Shown here: positions 36,839 to 46,548 of the stretch, piece by piece | Position numbering within the stretch: the first letter of the stretch is position 1 | How the letters are laid out: each line of letters begins with the position of its first letter | NCBI GenBank assembly: GCA_030429765.1 | Contig: JAUIER010000001.1 | Coordinates: forward strand, 202,877-266,876 | Length of the DNA: 64,000 nt | Direction of reading: 5' to 3' | DNA from: a bacterium | Lineage (GTDB): Bacteria > Omnitrophota > Gorgyraeia > Zapsychrales > Zapsychraceae | Program-made: the position numbers and the translations under genes | The notes under the pieces: model-generated | Databases searched by the model: none | Seen by the model: the letters and a program-made list of their open reading frames with translations, nothing else | Told to the model about the DNA's origin: nothing

Positions 36839-37810
36839 CTACAAGTCATTCAGATTGTGTAGATATTCGACGATATTCTTTTTATTGTTCTGACGGGCGA
36901 TATCGATGGCCTTTAAGTTGTCACGCGTTAATCGCGTGTCGGCGCCATGCTGTATCAGCGTCTTTACAACATCGAGCTGATGTTTGAGATTGCGGTCGGG
37001 ATTACTGACTGCCTCGATCAGCGCCGTGGATCCCCGGGCCGTTTGAAAGTTGACATCGGCGCCGCGGCGCACGAGTTCATCAATAAGATCGATGTGCCCC
37101 CACCAGCTGGCCTCCATCAACAGTGTTTTGTCCAGGGGACCGACCTGATTGAGGCCGGGCCTTTTCTTCAGCAAATATTTGAGTGTATCCAGATGACCAC
37201 CACGTACCACTTTGTAGATGGTGTGCGGATGCAGCGCCGCATCTTTTTTGATGAGTAGTTTGAGAATATCGGTGTGACCGCTGTAAGCGGCGATGTCGGC
37301 GGCGGTTTCGATGTCATTCGAAGAGGTCGACCAGCCCTTGAGGGCGGGGTCGGCACCGTTCTTGAGCAGCTGACGCACCAGATCGATATTACCGCGAAAG
37401 GCCGCGCACATCAGCGGAGTCCATTGCCAGTCGATGGTGAAGGTGCGCTCACGCCGTTTGTATCCGTATACATTGGGATTGGCGCCGGCATCGATAAGTT
37501 TACGGGCGGCATCATAAAATTCAAGCATGATCGCGCTATTAAGCAGACTGGTATTCCAGGAACTCATATGATTGGGATTGGCACCGTGTTCGAGCAGAAG
37601 ATCCATAATCTCCAGCTGCTGACCGACCGTGGCGGCGCCCAGGGCATTGTTGATACTTTCCTGATTGAGCCCTTCGTCGAGGAATGCCTGCACGCGGGCC
37701 ATGTCGCCGGAACGTGCCGCAACAAACAGGCTATTCGGTGTGTACTGTGCGTGGGCCGGCGGACCGATCAACGCGAAGAGTAATATAGAGAAAATGAAAA
37801 ATAAACGCAT
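36839..37810 (-). CDS. secreted ankyrin-repeat protein
   Basis: Signal 'MRLFFIFSILLFALIGPPAHA'. At least 7 ANK repeats ('GADVNFQTARGSTALIEAV', 'GANPNVYGY...TPLMCAAFRGNIDLVRQLLKNGADP'). Confidence 0.8.
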   Translation of the reverse strand: MRLFFIFSILLFALIGPPAHAQYTPNSLFVAARSGDMARVQAFLDEGLNQESINNALGAATVGQQLEIMDLLLEHGANPNHMSSWNTSLLNSAIMLEFYDAARKLIDAGANPNVYGYKRRERTFTIDWQWTPLMCAAFRGNIDLVRQLLKNGADPALKGWSTSSNDIETAADIAAYSGHTDILKLLIKKDAALHPHTIYKVVRGGHLDTLKYLLKKRPGLNQVGPLDKTLLMEASWWGHIDLIDELVRRGADVNFQTARGSTALIEAVSNPDRNLKHQLDVVKTLIQHGADTRLTRDNLKAIDIARQNNKKNIVEYLHNLNDL

Positions 37811-37949
37811 AATAAGTATGGGATTTTGGTTTTATTCTATCCGTGGCTAGAGAAATGGTCAATTCTAACTTGTAATTCTTGAGAGAGCAGGTTAAAATAG
37901 CGGAAAATTGAGTTATTTATCTGGTTTTCCAGCAAGAGGAGATAAACTT

Positions 37950-38696
37950 ATGCGAATTCCTGTCTCATTTATGATACTTAGTCTGTTGATGGCCCCGGCT
38001 GTCGCCCAATCACAGGAGGCGATTCCGGATGGTGAGAACAAGACGTATTACTCAAACGGAGTCCTGGAAAGTGTCGGCTTCTATCAGAACGGCAAGCTGG
38101 AAGGGCAGACCACGGGGTATCACCCTAACGGTAATTTGTTTCTCAAAGGAAATTTTGTGAACGGTAAACGCGAAGGTATGCAGGAAATTTTCTTCAAGAA
38201 CGGTCAGGTGATGGAAGAAAGCGAGTTTGTGAATGGTAAATACCATGGCATCAGCCGGCGCTATTACAGCAATGGAACACTTAAGGCGGAGCGTAACTAC
38301 CAGGACGGCGAACTCAACGGACAGTTTACCGAATATTACCGCAATGGTCAGGTCAAAATGGAAGGAAGCGCCACAGACGGCGCGCTCGACGGATTGATCA
38401 AACGATATGATGATCAGGGCCGGCTGGTGTACCAAGGCGAATTCAGCGAAGGACGTAATTCAGGGCCGTTTCAGCGCTATTACCCAAGTGGTTCCTTGCA
38501 GGAAACTTGTCAGCTGACTGTTATAGATAACAAGGAAGCCCGTCGGGATTGTGAACAATTTATGGACCAGACTGGCGAATTATTGGCCAATTATCATCAG
38601 ATGTTGTATCGTCAGGATAATAATGAGACGTTGATCCAGACATATGTCGGTGAAAACATGGTGAAGGAAGAAACAATCAAAAATACCCAGCTGTAA
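37950..38696 (+). CDS. MORN-repeat (YwqK-like) secreted protein
   Basis: AGGAG RBS. Signal 'MRIPVSFMILSLLMAPAVA'. Repeated 'Y.NG.L...G.Y.NGK.EG' units. Confidence 0.7.
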   Translation: MRIPVSFMILSLLMAPAVAQSQEAIPDGENKTYYSNGVLESVGFYQNGKLEGQTTGYHPNGNLFLKGNFVNGKREGMQEIFFKNGQVMEESEFVNGKYHGISRRYYSNGTLKAERNYQDGELNGQFTEYYRNGQVKMEGSATDGALDGLIKRYDDQGRLVYQGEFSEGRNSGPFQRYYPSGSLQETCQLTVIDNKEARRDCEQFMDQTGELLANYHQMLYRQDNNETLIQTYVGENMVKEETIKNTQL

Positions 38697-38714
38697 CCAC
38701 CAAAAAACGGAATT

Positions 38715-38748
38715 CAGAGCAGCCTGCCAACGCGGGCTGCTCTTTTTT
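38715..38748 (+). terminator. rho-independent terminator
   Basis: 'AGAGCAGCC-tgccaacgcg-GGCTGCTCT' followed by TTTTTTT. Confidence 0.75.
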
Positions 38749-38874
38749 TGTGCCCGGTAAAATTAAAGGACACGGGACGGATTTTGGTGTATGATAAACC
38801 TTTATTTTCAGATAATCCCGGGTGTGATACAGCTTCAATAAGACGTTATCCGCCGGATATGTAAGGAGATATAC

Positions 38875-39948
38875 ATGGAAATCGGAATTGTGGGATTGCC
38901 GAATGTGGGCAAATCCTCCTTGTTTAACGCGTTAACCGGGGCCGGGATTGCTGCCTCAAACTTTCCTTTTACGACCATTGAGCCGAATGTGGGGATTGTC
39001 CCGCTGCCGGATCCACGGCTCGAACATTTAACCAAAGAGTTTAACAGTGCCAAAACAACGCCGGCCGGCATCCGATTTGTGGATATTGCCGGTTTGGTGA
39101 AGGGCGCCAGTCAGGGCGAGGGATTGGGGAATAAATTTTTGTCGAACATCCGCGCGGTTGATGCCATCGTCCATGTGGTGCGCTGTTTTCGTGATGACAA
39201 TGTGGTCAATGTGATGGGCGATCTGGATCCGCAGGGCGCGGCTGATACCATTGAGACTGAATTACTGCTGGCCGATATTCAGCAGGCTGAAAAGGCGTTG
39301 GAGCGTCTGAAGAAATTGGCGAAATCGGGCGAGAAGCTGGCCAAGGACAATTACGCGCATATGGAGGAAATCCTCAAAAAGTTAAATGACGGGCAGTCGG
39401 CCCGGACTTTTGAAATCCCCGAAGAGATCGCCAAGGAGTATCAGTTTTTAACCGGTAAGCCGATACTTTATGTCGCCAACACCGACGAGGGCGGGGCTGA
39501 TCCGTCGATGCTGGAACCGTTAAAGGAGCGCGCGGCCAAAGACGGCGCCGGTCTAATTGAATTATGTACCAAGCTGGAAGCCGAGATCCTGGAATTGCCC
39601 GAAGAGGATCGGGCGACGTATTATGAAGAAGCGGGCATCGTTACCCCTGGGTTGGGCAAATTGGCCAAGGCGGGACAGGAGCTGCTGGGATTGATTTGTT
39701 TCTTCACGGCCGGTGATACTGAATCACGCGCGTGGCTGATCCGCAAAGGAACGACGGCGGTCAAAGCCGCCGGCAAGATCCATACAGATATCGAGCGCGG
39801 TTTTATCCGCGCGGAGATTTACAAGTATGACAGCCTGAAAGAACACGGTTCATATGGGGCCGTTCAGGCCAAGAATCTCGTCACCCTCGAAGGCAAGGAC
39901 TATGTAATGCAGGACGGTGACGTGGTTTATTTCCGATTTAACGTGTAA
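38875..39948 (+). CDS. ychF: ribosome-binding ATPase YchF (Obg-like)
   Basis: '[18 protein letters not shown]', '[10 protein letters not shown]', TGS domain at the C-terminus. 357 aa. Confidence 0.9.
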   Translation: MEIGIVGLPNVGKSSLFNALTGAGIAASNFPFTTIEPNVGIVPLPDPRLEHLTKEFNSAKTTPAGIRFVDIAGLVKGASQGEGLGNKFLSNIRAVDAIVHVVRCFRDDNVVNVMGDLDPQGAADTIETELLLADIQQAEKALERLKKLAKSGEKLAKDNYAHMEEILKKLNDGQSARTFEIPEEIAKEYQFLTGKPILYVANTDEGGADPSMLEPLKERAAKDGAGLIELCTKLEAEILELPEEDRATYYEEAGIVTPGLGKLAKAGQELLGLICFFTAGDTESRAWLIRKGTTAVKAAGKIHTDIERGFIRAEIYKYDSLKEHGSYGAVQAKNLVTLEGKDYVMQDGDVVYFRFNV

Positions 39949-39963
39949 GTGCGCGGAGCTAAC

Positions 39964-41136
39964 ATGAGCCGACGAGTGATTGCTCACATGGATATGGACG
40001 CGTTCTTCGCGGCGGTTGAGGTCAGAGACAATCCGTCGTTGCGGGGGAAGCCTGTGATCATCGGGGCTGATCCTCGAGGGGGCAGCGGCCGGGGCGTGGT
40101 GTCGACCTGTTCATATGAGGCCCGCAAATTTGGTGTTCATTCCGCGCTACCCATTTCTGTCGCCTACAAAAAATGCCCGCAGGGGATCTACCTGCGCGGG
40201 AATCATCGCAAATATTCACAGGTCTCCAAATCCATCTTCAAGATTCTGGAAGATTTCACACCCGACATCCAACCTATCAGTATTGATGAAGCCTTCATGG
40301 ACTTGACGGGAAGCTATCATTTTTTTGGAACGCCGCTGAAGACATGTCAGGAAATCCGCCGGCGGATCAAACAAGAGATTGGATTGAATGCATCGATCGG
40401 CATTGCGCCGAATAAAATGATCGCCAAGATCGCGTCGGATTATTGCAAGCCGGATGGATTAATTGAGATAACTCCGCAGCAGGCCCGGTCATTCTTATGG
40501 AAGCTTCCTATCAGCAAGATGTGGGGCGTGGGCAAGAAAATGCAGCAATCATTGCATGCCTTGAAGATATTCACCGTCGGAGAGCTCGCGCAGTATCCGG
40601 TCGACCGCCTGATCGACCGGTACGGTTCGCACGGCGCGCATCTGCATCGGCTGGCCAACGGGATTGACGAACGGCCGGTCCAGGTCCGCGGCGAGATCAA
40701 ATCGGTCAGTCATGAACACACCTTTAATTCGGATACCACGGATCGGGACGAAATTATCGACACGATGCTTTTGTTGTGCGAGAAAATTTCCCGGCGGATG
40801 CGCCGGTATGATTTAAAGGGAAGAACGATCGGACTGAAATTGCGTCTGTCGGGATTTAAAACCTATACCCGCGCGCATACGATCGCCGATCGGGTGAATT
40901 TCTCGGATGTGATCTATGAGACCGCGCTAAAATTGTTTAATGAGTTTCATGGGCCCGGCATGCGTTATCGGTTGATAGGTGTCCGGGTATCGAACTTTGA
41001 GGATCAGTATGTCAGTGACAGCCTGTTCAAGAGTGCCCGTGATGAACGTGATGAAAAACTTCATCGGGCCTTTGACGCCATCAAGGATAAATATGGGGAA
41101 GGGGCGATTCGCCGGGGGCTATATAAAGATCTGTAG
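39964..41136 (+). CDS. dinB: DNA polymerase IV
   Basis: 'IAHMDMDAFFAAVEVRDNPSLRGKPVIIG', 'SIDEAFMDLTG'. Start taken at 'MSRRV'. Confidence 0.85.
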   Translation: MSRRVIAHMDMDAFFAAVEVRDNPSLRGKPVIIGADPRGGSGRGVVSTCSYEARKFGVHSALPISVAYKKCPQGIYLRGNHRKYSQVSKSIFKILEDFTPDIQPISIDEAFMDLTGSYHFFGTPLKTCQEIRRRIKQEIGLNASIGIAPNKMIAKIASDYCKPDGLIEITPQQARSFLWKLPISKMWGVGKKMQQSLHALKIFTVGELAQYPVDRLIDRYGSHGAHLHRLANGIDERPVQVRGEIKSVSHEHTFNSDTTDRDEIIDTMLLLCEKISRRMRRYDLKGRTIGLKLRLSGFKTYTRAHTIADRVNFSDVIYETALKLFNEFHGPGMRYRLIGVRVSNFEDQYVSDSLFKSARDERDEKLHRAFDAIKDKYGEGAIRRGLYKDL

Positions 41137-41146
41137 TTTCGGGCTC

Positions 41147-41539
41147 ATGGGTGTGTTGATTTTATTAGGAACCGGGTGCTGCCGGTTGATCCCGCCCTAT
41201 GGGAGGCCCACTGGGCCGGAATTGCTGGGACAATGGGTCTATGAAGATCCGGCGGCTGGCGTCATGATTTTGACATTCCACGATGACTTTACGTATGTCG
41301 TCGATTACAATGGAGATGGAGAGAGGGACATCTGGGGGCAGTACGTCCTAAGGCCGCAATGGATCCGCATGGACAACGAGTCGGCCCGGGTCCGGACGGA
41401 CTGCGTGACACCCGGATTTTATAAGTACAATGTAAATCGCGGTCGTCTGAAATTCTCGACGGTGGCGGACCAGTGCGTTCCGCGACGATTGTCATTACAG
41501 GCCCCGCGCAAACGATATCGAGCCATTCAGGAGAACTAG
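41147..41539 (+). CDS. small putative lipoprotein
   Basis: 'MGVLILLGTGCC' lipobox-like. Annotated ORF trimmed to start after the dinB stop. Confidence 0.35.
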   Translation: MGVLILLGTGCCRLIPPYGRPTGPELLGQWVYEDPAAGVMILTFHDDFTYVVDYNGDGERDIWGQYVLRPQWIRMDNESARVRTDCVTPGFYKYNVNRGRLKFSTVADQCVPRRLSLQAPRKRYRAIQEN

Positions 41540-41543
41540 AACA

Positions 41544-41663
41544 ATGCGTATCTTATTTTTATTTTTATGTTGTTGTGTGCTCACCGGCTGTGAAAGCTTT
41601 GATGTGTATCCCGGTGTGATGTCACAATGGCAGGCTGGTGAAAACCCAAGTACGGTGAAGTGA
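41544..41663 (+). CDS. 39-aa putative lipopeptide ORF
   Basis: AGGAGA 10 nt upstream. 'MRILFLFLCCCVLTGCES...'. Below the ORF-track length cutoff. Confidence 0.2.
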   Translation: MRILFLFLCCCVLTGCESFDVYPGVMSQWQAGENPSTVK

Positions 41664-41670
41664 GGATAAA

Positions 41671-42087
41671 ATGATAAAAGCTGAACTCAATCGGCAATTA
41701 ATGATTCAACTCAAGGATACAGCGGGTACCCTTGCCGAGGTCACAAGCGTTGTCGCGGCGTCGAGCATTAACATCATCGCACTCTGCGCTTATGCCGTCG
41801 ACGGAATGGTGGCCATCATGTTTGTGACCGAAGACAACAACGCGGCCAAGACTTTGCTGCAGGAAAAGGGATTTGAGGTCGAGGAGGAAGAGGTGATTCT
41901 CTTAACACTCGACAATAAGCCCGGCGCGCTGCAGGAAGTTACCAGCAAGATTGCGGAGGCCGGTATCGATCTGTCCTTGATGTACGGCAGCACAGACAAG
42001 GACGCCGAACAAAGTCCGATGGTGCTGATCTCGCGTAATAATCTCGACGTGATGATGCTGATCAAGATGCAGATGGAGCGTAGTTAA
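41671..42087 (+). CDS. tandem ACT-domain protein
   Basis: Two 'hhhh.D.PG.L..V' ACT units ('IQLKDTAGTLAEV', 'LTLDNKPGALQEV'). Confidence 0.6.
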   Translation: MIKAELNRQLMIQLKDTAGTLAEVTSVVAASSINIIALCAYAVDGMVAIMFVTEDNNAAKTLLQEKGFEVEEEEVILLTLDNKPGALQEVTSKIAEAGIDLSLMYGSTDKDAEQSPMVLISRNNLDVMMLIKMQMERS

Positions 42088-42107
42088 AACTTTTCCGGAT
42101 ACAGCTT

Positions 42108-42617
42108 ATGGATTGGACGATGCTGAAATTGATCGGGCGGATGGTGCTGATCAATGTGGTTCCGTTTTTTCTGGTGTTTCATCTGGTGATGAAACGCCGG
42201 CGGCAATTGAGCGGCGCGCCATACAGCGATTTGATGCTCGTCGCCGGAGAGCTGAAGATTATCGGCATTCTCGGATACTTCGTGATCTTGTCGATCTACT
42301 TTTTCTCGATCCCGGTATTGGAGTACACTGATCCGGATGTCGGCTATAGCATCCGCGATGTCGAGCCGGGAGAGTCCACGGTGCTGGTGATCGCGGTGGT
42401 TTCCTTTATGCTCGTCGTCGGAGGGATATATCTGCAAAAGAAAAAGATATGGGCTTACAAGATGTCCAAGGCCCTGGTGATTTTGTTGACGGCGTACGCG
42501 ATCACGTCAACATTACACTATGGCGCGATTTCACTGGTGCCGATTATATTTTTTTCGTATTTTATTAATAAATTGAAGAATGAGAATCTGCTCAAAGAGT
42601 TGGGGGTAAAGATATGA
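42108..42617 (+). CDS. hypothetical 4-TM membrane protein
   Basis: Four hydrophobic segments. No recognisable motif. Confidence 0.4.
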   Translation: MDWTMLKLIGRMVLINVVPFFLVFHLVMKRRRQLSGAPYSDLMLVAGELKIIGILGYFVILSIYFFSIPVLEYTDPDVGYSIRDVEPGESTVLVIAVVSFMLVVGGIYLQKKKIWAYKMSKALVILLTAYAITSTLHYGAISLVPIIFFSYFINKLKNENLLKELGVKI

Positions 42618-42709
42618 GTGAAGAGCCGGCGGCCTGGGAAATCATTCCGATGATCCTGATTCCCTTGATTATTTTTGGAATCATCATCTGGTCAAATCGA
42701 AAACGATAG
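42614..42709 (+). CDS. 31-aa single-TM micro-protein ORF
   Basis: ATGA overlap with the upstream stop. 'MSEEPAAWEIIPMILIPLIIFGIIIWSNRKR'. Confidence 0.2.
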   Translation: MSEEPAAWEIIPMILIPLIIFGIIIWSNRKR

Positions 42710-42717
42710 GAGCTATC

Positions 42718-43335
42718 ATGAAACATTGGATACTAGCTGTTTTTTGCAGTTTACTTGTAGCCGGGATGGCCTTCGCCGAAGCGCCGGGATTATCGGTCGG
42801 AACCATGGCGCCGGACTTTACGGAACAGACGTCGGATGGTTCGGAATTCACGTTGTCAGACATTTATCAGGATCATGCGGTCGTATTGATCTTCTATCGT
42901 GGCGGATGGTGTCCGTACTGCAATGTGCAGCTGCAGGAATATCAGCAGAATATCGAGGACTTTGAAGCAGCGGGCGCAAAAATTATCGCCATTAGCGTTG
43001 ATTCCAAAGACACTGTCACCGAGTACGTGAGTGAGCAGCAACTGGATTTTAGAGTTGTCGGAAATCCTCAGGCGGATTTATTGAAACTTTACAATCTGGT
43101 GACATATGTTCCTCAAGATATGTCCAAGATGTATAAGGAAAAATATAAGATTGATCTCGTCGGAGCTAGCGGCCGTCGGGACGGGTTGATCGCAATCCCC
43201 GCTACCTATGTGATTGGGCCGGGAGGTGAGATTACATTTGCGGAAGCTAATGAAGACTATAAGGTCCGGCCGAAGGCCCGGGATGTACTTGAGGCCGTCA
43301 AGCAATCGACCGGGGCGCCGGCCTTACCGCAATAG
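42718..43335 (+). CDS. secreted thioredoxin-fold redoxin (TlpA/peroxiredoxin-like)
   Basis: Signal peptide. 'VLIFYRGGWCPYCNVQL' CxxC motif. Confidence 0.7.
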   Translation: MKHWILAVFCSLLVAGMAFAEAPGLSVGTMAPDFTEQTSDGSEFTLSDIYQDHAVVLIFYRGGWCPYCNVQLQEYQQNIEDFEAAGAKIIAISVDSKDTVTEYVSEQQLDFRVVGNPQADLLKLYNLVTYVPQDMSKMYKEKYKIDLVGASGRRDGLIAIPATYVIGPGGEITFAEANEDYKVRPKARDVLEAVKQSTGAPALPQ

Positions 43336-43346
43336 ATTTCGAGAAA

Positions 43347-44198
43347 TTATTTTTTCGACGGGGCGTAGTGATGAATGATTTCCGCCTTGAGATATTCCAG
43401 GGCCTCATCCACATTGTCGTAGATCTTGAACAGTTTCAGATCAGAAGGCGATATCATGCCCCAACGGACAAACGCGTCAAAGTTCACCACCTCATTCCAG
43501 TAATCTTTTCCATACAATACAATCGGCATGTATTTACGTGACTTTTTGGTCTGTACCAGGGTCAGCAATTCGAAAAGTTCGTCCATGGTTCCGAACCCGC
43601 CCGGAAAGACGATCATGGCCTTGGACAGGTAGAAGAACCAGAATTTTCGGATAAAGAAATAGTGAAATTCAAATGAGATATCTCGGGTTTGATAGGGGTT
43701 TGGATCCTGTTCCATCGGAAGATTGATGTTAAGTCCGATTGAGGAGCCTTTGACCTTCTTGGCGCCGCGGTTGGCGGCCTCCATGATGCCCGGGCCTCCG
43801 CCGGTACAGACATGAAAGTTTTTATCTTTGATCACCGGTTCACGGAACCACTTGGTGAGCTTCGCGCCCATGTCGACGGCATCTTCATAATAACGCGACA
43901 TGAGCAGATCGTTCTCCGCCTGAACAAGTTTTCGTTTGAGGCTGGCCGAAGGTTTTTTGGCATTGTTGAACTGCGTTTCCACTTCCTTGAACTTCTGCCG
44001 TGCTTCACTTCGGGGCAGGGTACGGGCTGATCCAAAGAACACAACCGTATTGTGAATATGATGGCGGCGCAGTCGCTCGCGCGGTTCCACCATTTCGGTG
44101 AGAATCCGGATTGTCCGGGCGGATGGACTGTTAAGAAATTCGTAATTGTTATATGCTTTGATGAATTTGGGTTTCTTGGGTGCTTTTGATGCGGGCAT
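43347..44198 (-). CDS. LOG-family (TIGR00730) nucleotide phosphoribohydrolase-like protein
   Basis: 'GGGPGIMEAANRGA', 'PGGFGTMDELFE'. Confidence 0.75.
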   Translation of the reverse strand: MPASKAPKKPKFIKAYNNYEFLNSPSARTIRILTEMVEPRERLRRHHIHNTVVFFGSARTLPRSEARQKFKEVETQFNNAKKPSASLKRKLVQAENDLLMSRYYEDAVDMGAKLTKWFREPVIKDKNFHVCTGGGPGIMEAANRGAKKVKGSSIGLNINLPMEQDPNPYQTRDISFEFHYFFIRKFWFFYLSKAMIVFPGGFGTMDELFELLTLVQTKKSRKYMPIVLYGKDYWNEVVNFDAFVRWGMISPSDLKLFKIYDNVDEALEYLKAEIIHHYAPSKK

Positions 44199-44406
44199 GA
44201 GAGCTCCTTGGCTAAAGGCTGATAATTCGATATGGCAACATTATACCAGTTTCATGGCCGAAATCAGGAATATCTGTAGAAATTAGCCCCGGGATCACAT
44301 GTTTAGCGCCAGCTCGTACAAAAATCAGCCCTTTTGACTTGTCGGCCAAAATCGGACAGAGTACAATACACATGAGATCAATATCCACTCTATTTTCGAA
44401 CCCTCT

Positions 44407-46548
44407 ATGCAAGAAAAACCCGAGAATTCTCCGGCCGGTACCTGGAAATCCGTGGGATTATGGTTTGTCCTATCCGTAATCGTCTGGATCTTCTGTTTTC
44501 ATGGATTTCTGTCCGGCCAACGTTCTTTTGATTCCGACGCGGTCGCTTATTACGACAGCATTAAGTTTTTTTCCGATAATCTGGTCCGCGGTGTGTATCC
44601 GATGTGGGATTGGTTTGAGAGCTCGGGCGTTCCGAATGAGTTTTTTCTGCGGCGGATCGGTTCGTTTAATCCGTTTTTCATCATCATTGTGCTGTTGCGC
44701 TGGATCGGGGTTCCGCATCTATACGCGTATGTGACCTTCCTGGCCACGTATTGGTTTGTCGGCTTGCTGGGGTTCTGGTGGCTGGCCCAGCAGCTGTTTC
44801 GGGATATTCGTGTTTCGTATCTGGCCTACCTGCTGTTGGCGTTCTCGACGCTGGCGACCCGATTGTTTGACTCTTATATCGTCCTTACGTTTGTTCCCTT
44901 GATTTGGTTTTTTGCCTTTTTGGTGGCCTGCGGCCGTCATCCCCGGCGCCGTTTCTACGCCGGGCTGGTGCTGAGCTTACTTCAATTGGTCACCACGTAC
45001 ATCCCGCTATATTTCCTCAATATTTTTTTGGTCGGGGCCGTTTTATTTCTGATGGTCTTTCCGGATCGGATTGTAAAAATTGTGACGCGTCAGTGGCAGT
45101 TTATCCGTCAAGCCAAGGGCTTTTCCGTTCTTTTGGTATGCCTCGTAGGGCTATCGTTGTTACCGGCCATCGGGGTCTTTCAAAGTGCCAAGCAGGGTGA
45201 GTTTGTGATGCCGATGCGCGGCGCGGCCGCCGAGTCTGACCACGCGCTGCAAGTCGGAAAGTCGACGATCACGGAGTGGGCGATTCTCGAGGAGATTGTG
45301 TATTCGATGGCCTATAGTGATTTACGTCAGTTTAAGTTCGCGGTGATCTTTATCCCGGGCATCGCGTATTTTCTTTTGAGTTTGGGAGTATTTGCGCGCA
45401 TCAACCGGCTATTGATTTTTCTCTTTCTATGGGGTGGTGTGTTGACCGTGATCGGCATGCCTGATCTCGCGCCCTTGTATGACTGGTGTCATCGTCATAT
45501 TTTTTATTTCAAATATTTTCGAAATCTGCATTGGTTTTTCTGGTTGGCGATTCTTCCGTTGTTTGTCCTCTTTATTGTCGGTCAGTTGCAGCAGATGATG
45601 GATGAAGCGTGTCGTTCAGGGGGGCGGCGCCGGTTTTGGATGATGTATGCCGCCGCTGTCGTGATGTTGGGCGGATGGATGTTGATCCAATCGGGCGAGA
45701 CCCTGATTTCCACCTATATAGCCTTCGGGATTTGCATTGCTTGGCTCGGGCTTTTTTTCAGCGGACATTTGGACGGCCGGATTCAGCTGACGATGGCGCT
45801 GCTCTTTTTGGCGGTCAGTATTCAATCGGTCGAGGTGTATTCATATCTCAAAAAAAACTCGGTGAAACATACCAAGCCGTATCGGTATGATCTGGTTGAT
45901 CTGGATTTTGCCTTCACCCGGGATGAGCCTATCAGCGACGAGCGGGCCGGGATTTATTATGCCTTGTCTCATTACAATGAGTTGAATTCAAATATTCAGC
46001 CTCGCGTGCTGGGGGCCTATCGACAGCACAGTTTTATGGTTTATGATCAGGCCGTGTATATGGATCCGGGTGCGCCGAATTATGCGGATATCGAAAAGGC
46101 CATGGCCACGCGGGCCAATATTGTGTTTGTTGATTCGGCGGATCATGATCAGGTCTCACGGACGGCCGGACGGATACAGGGGCAGGTGCGGCCGATCACG
46201 GCGGAGGATTATCAATTGGAAGTATTGGATTATTCAACCAATCGGACCCGGGTGCGGACGAATTTTTCGGCGGATAAGTGGCTGGTCTATACCGATAACT
46301 TTGCTAAACAATGGAGTGCGCGGATCGATGGACAACGTCATCCGTTGGTACGGGCCAATCATGCGTTCAAGGCGGTATTTGTACCGGCCGGCGAGCGGAT
46401 TGTTGAATTTCAATATGGAAAATGGTCCAAGCGACTGCTGAACTACACGCTTTTACTCGTCGCCTATGGTTTGCTCGCGTATGTTTTGCTGCAGGCCTGT
46501 CGACGGCTGGATGGTATGGCGGATGTTGAGGAAAGATATGAAAGTTAA
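44407..46548 (+). CDS. YfhO-like polytopic membrane protein (GT-C-like)
   Basis: 713 aa with more than 12 TM helices. N-terminal 'LVRGVYPMWDWFESSGVPN' resembles the YfhO family. Confidence 0.45.
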   Translation: MQEKPENSPAGTWKSVGLWFVLSVIVWIFCFHGFLSGQRSFDSDAVAYYDSIKFFSDNLVRGVYPMWDWFESSGVPNEFFLRRIGSFNPFFIIIVLLRWIGVPHLYAYVTFLATYWFVGLLGFWWLAQQLFRDIRVSYLAYLLLAFSTLATRLFDSYIVLTFVPLIWFFAFLVACGRHPRRRFYAGLVLSLLQLVTTYIPLYFLNIFLVGAVLFLMVFPDRIVKIVTRQWQFIRQAKGFSVLLVCLVGLSLLPAIGVFQSAKQGEFVMPMRGAAAESDHALQVGKSTITEWAILEEIVYSMAYSDLRQFKFAVIFIPGIAYFLLSLGVFARINRLLIFLFLWGGVLTVIGMPDLAPLYDWCHRHIFYFKYFRNLHWFFWLAILPLFVLFIVGQLQQMMDEACRSGGRRRFWMMYAAAVVMLGGWMLIQSGETLISTYIAFGICIAWLGLFFSGHLDGRIQLTMALLFLAVSIQSVEVYSYLKKNSVKHTKPYRYDLVDLDFAFTRDEPISDERAGIYYALSHYNELNSNIQPRVLGAYRQHSFMVYDQAVYMDPGAPNYADIEKAMATRANIVFVDSADHDQVSRTAGRIQGQVRPITAEDYQLEVLDYSTNRTRVRTNFSADKWLVYTDNFAKQWSARIDGQRHPLVRANHAFKAVFVPAGERIVEFQYGKWSKRLLNYTLLLVAYGLLAYVLLQACRRLDGMADVEERYES

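Noticed and set aside
40979-41146. N-terminal 56 codons of ORF 40979-41539 overlapping the dinB 3' end
   Set aside because: The overlap with dinB is in a different frame. The internal Met at 41147 gives a lipoprotein-like N-terminus immediately after the dinB stop.
46466-46537. Upstream extension of the TPR ORF (start 46466) overlapping the YfhO-like gene by 83 nt
   Set aside because: An in-frame ATG at 46538 is preceded by a GGAAAG RBS and gives the standard short overlap. The extension translates as Cys/Trp-rich nonsense.
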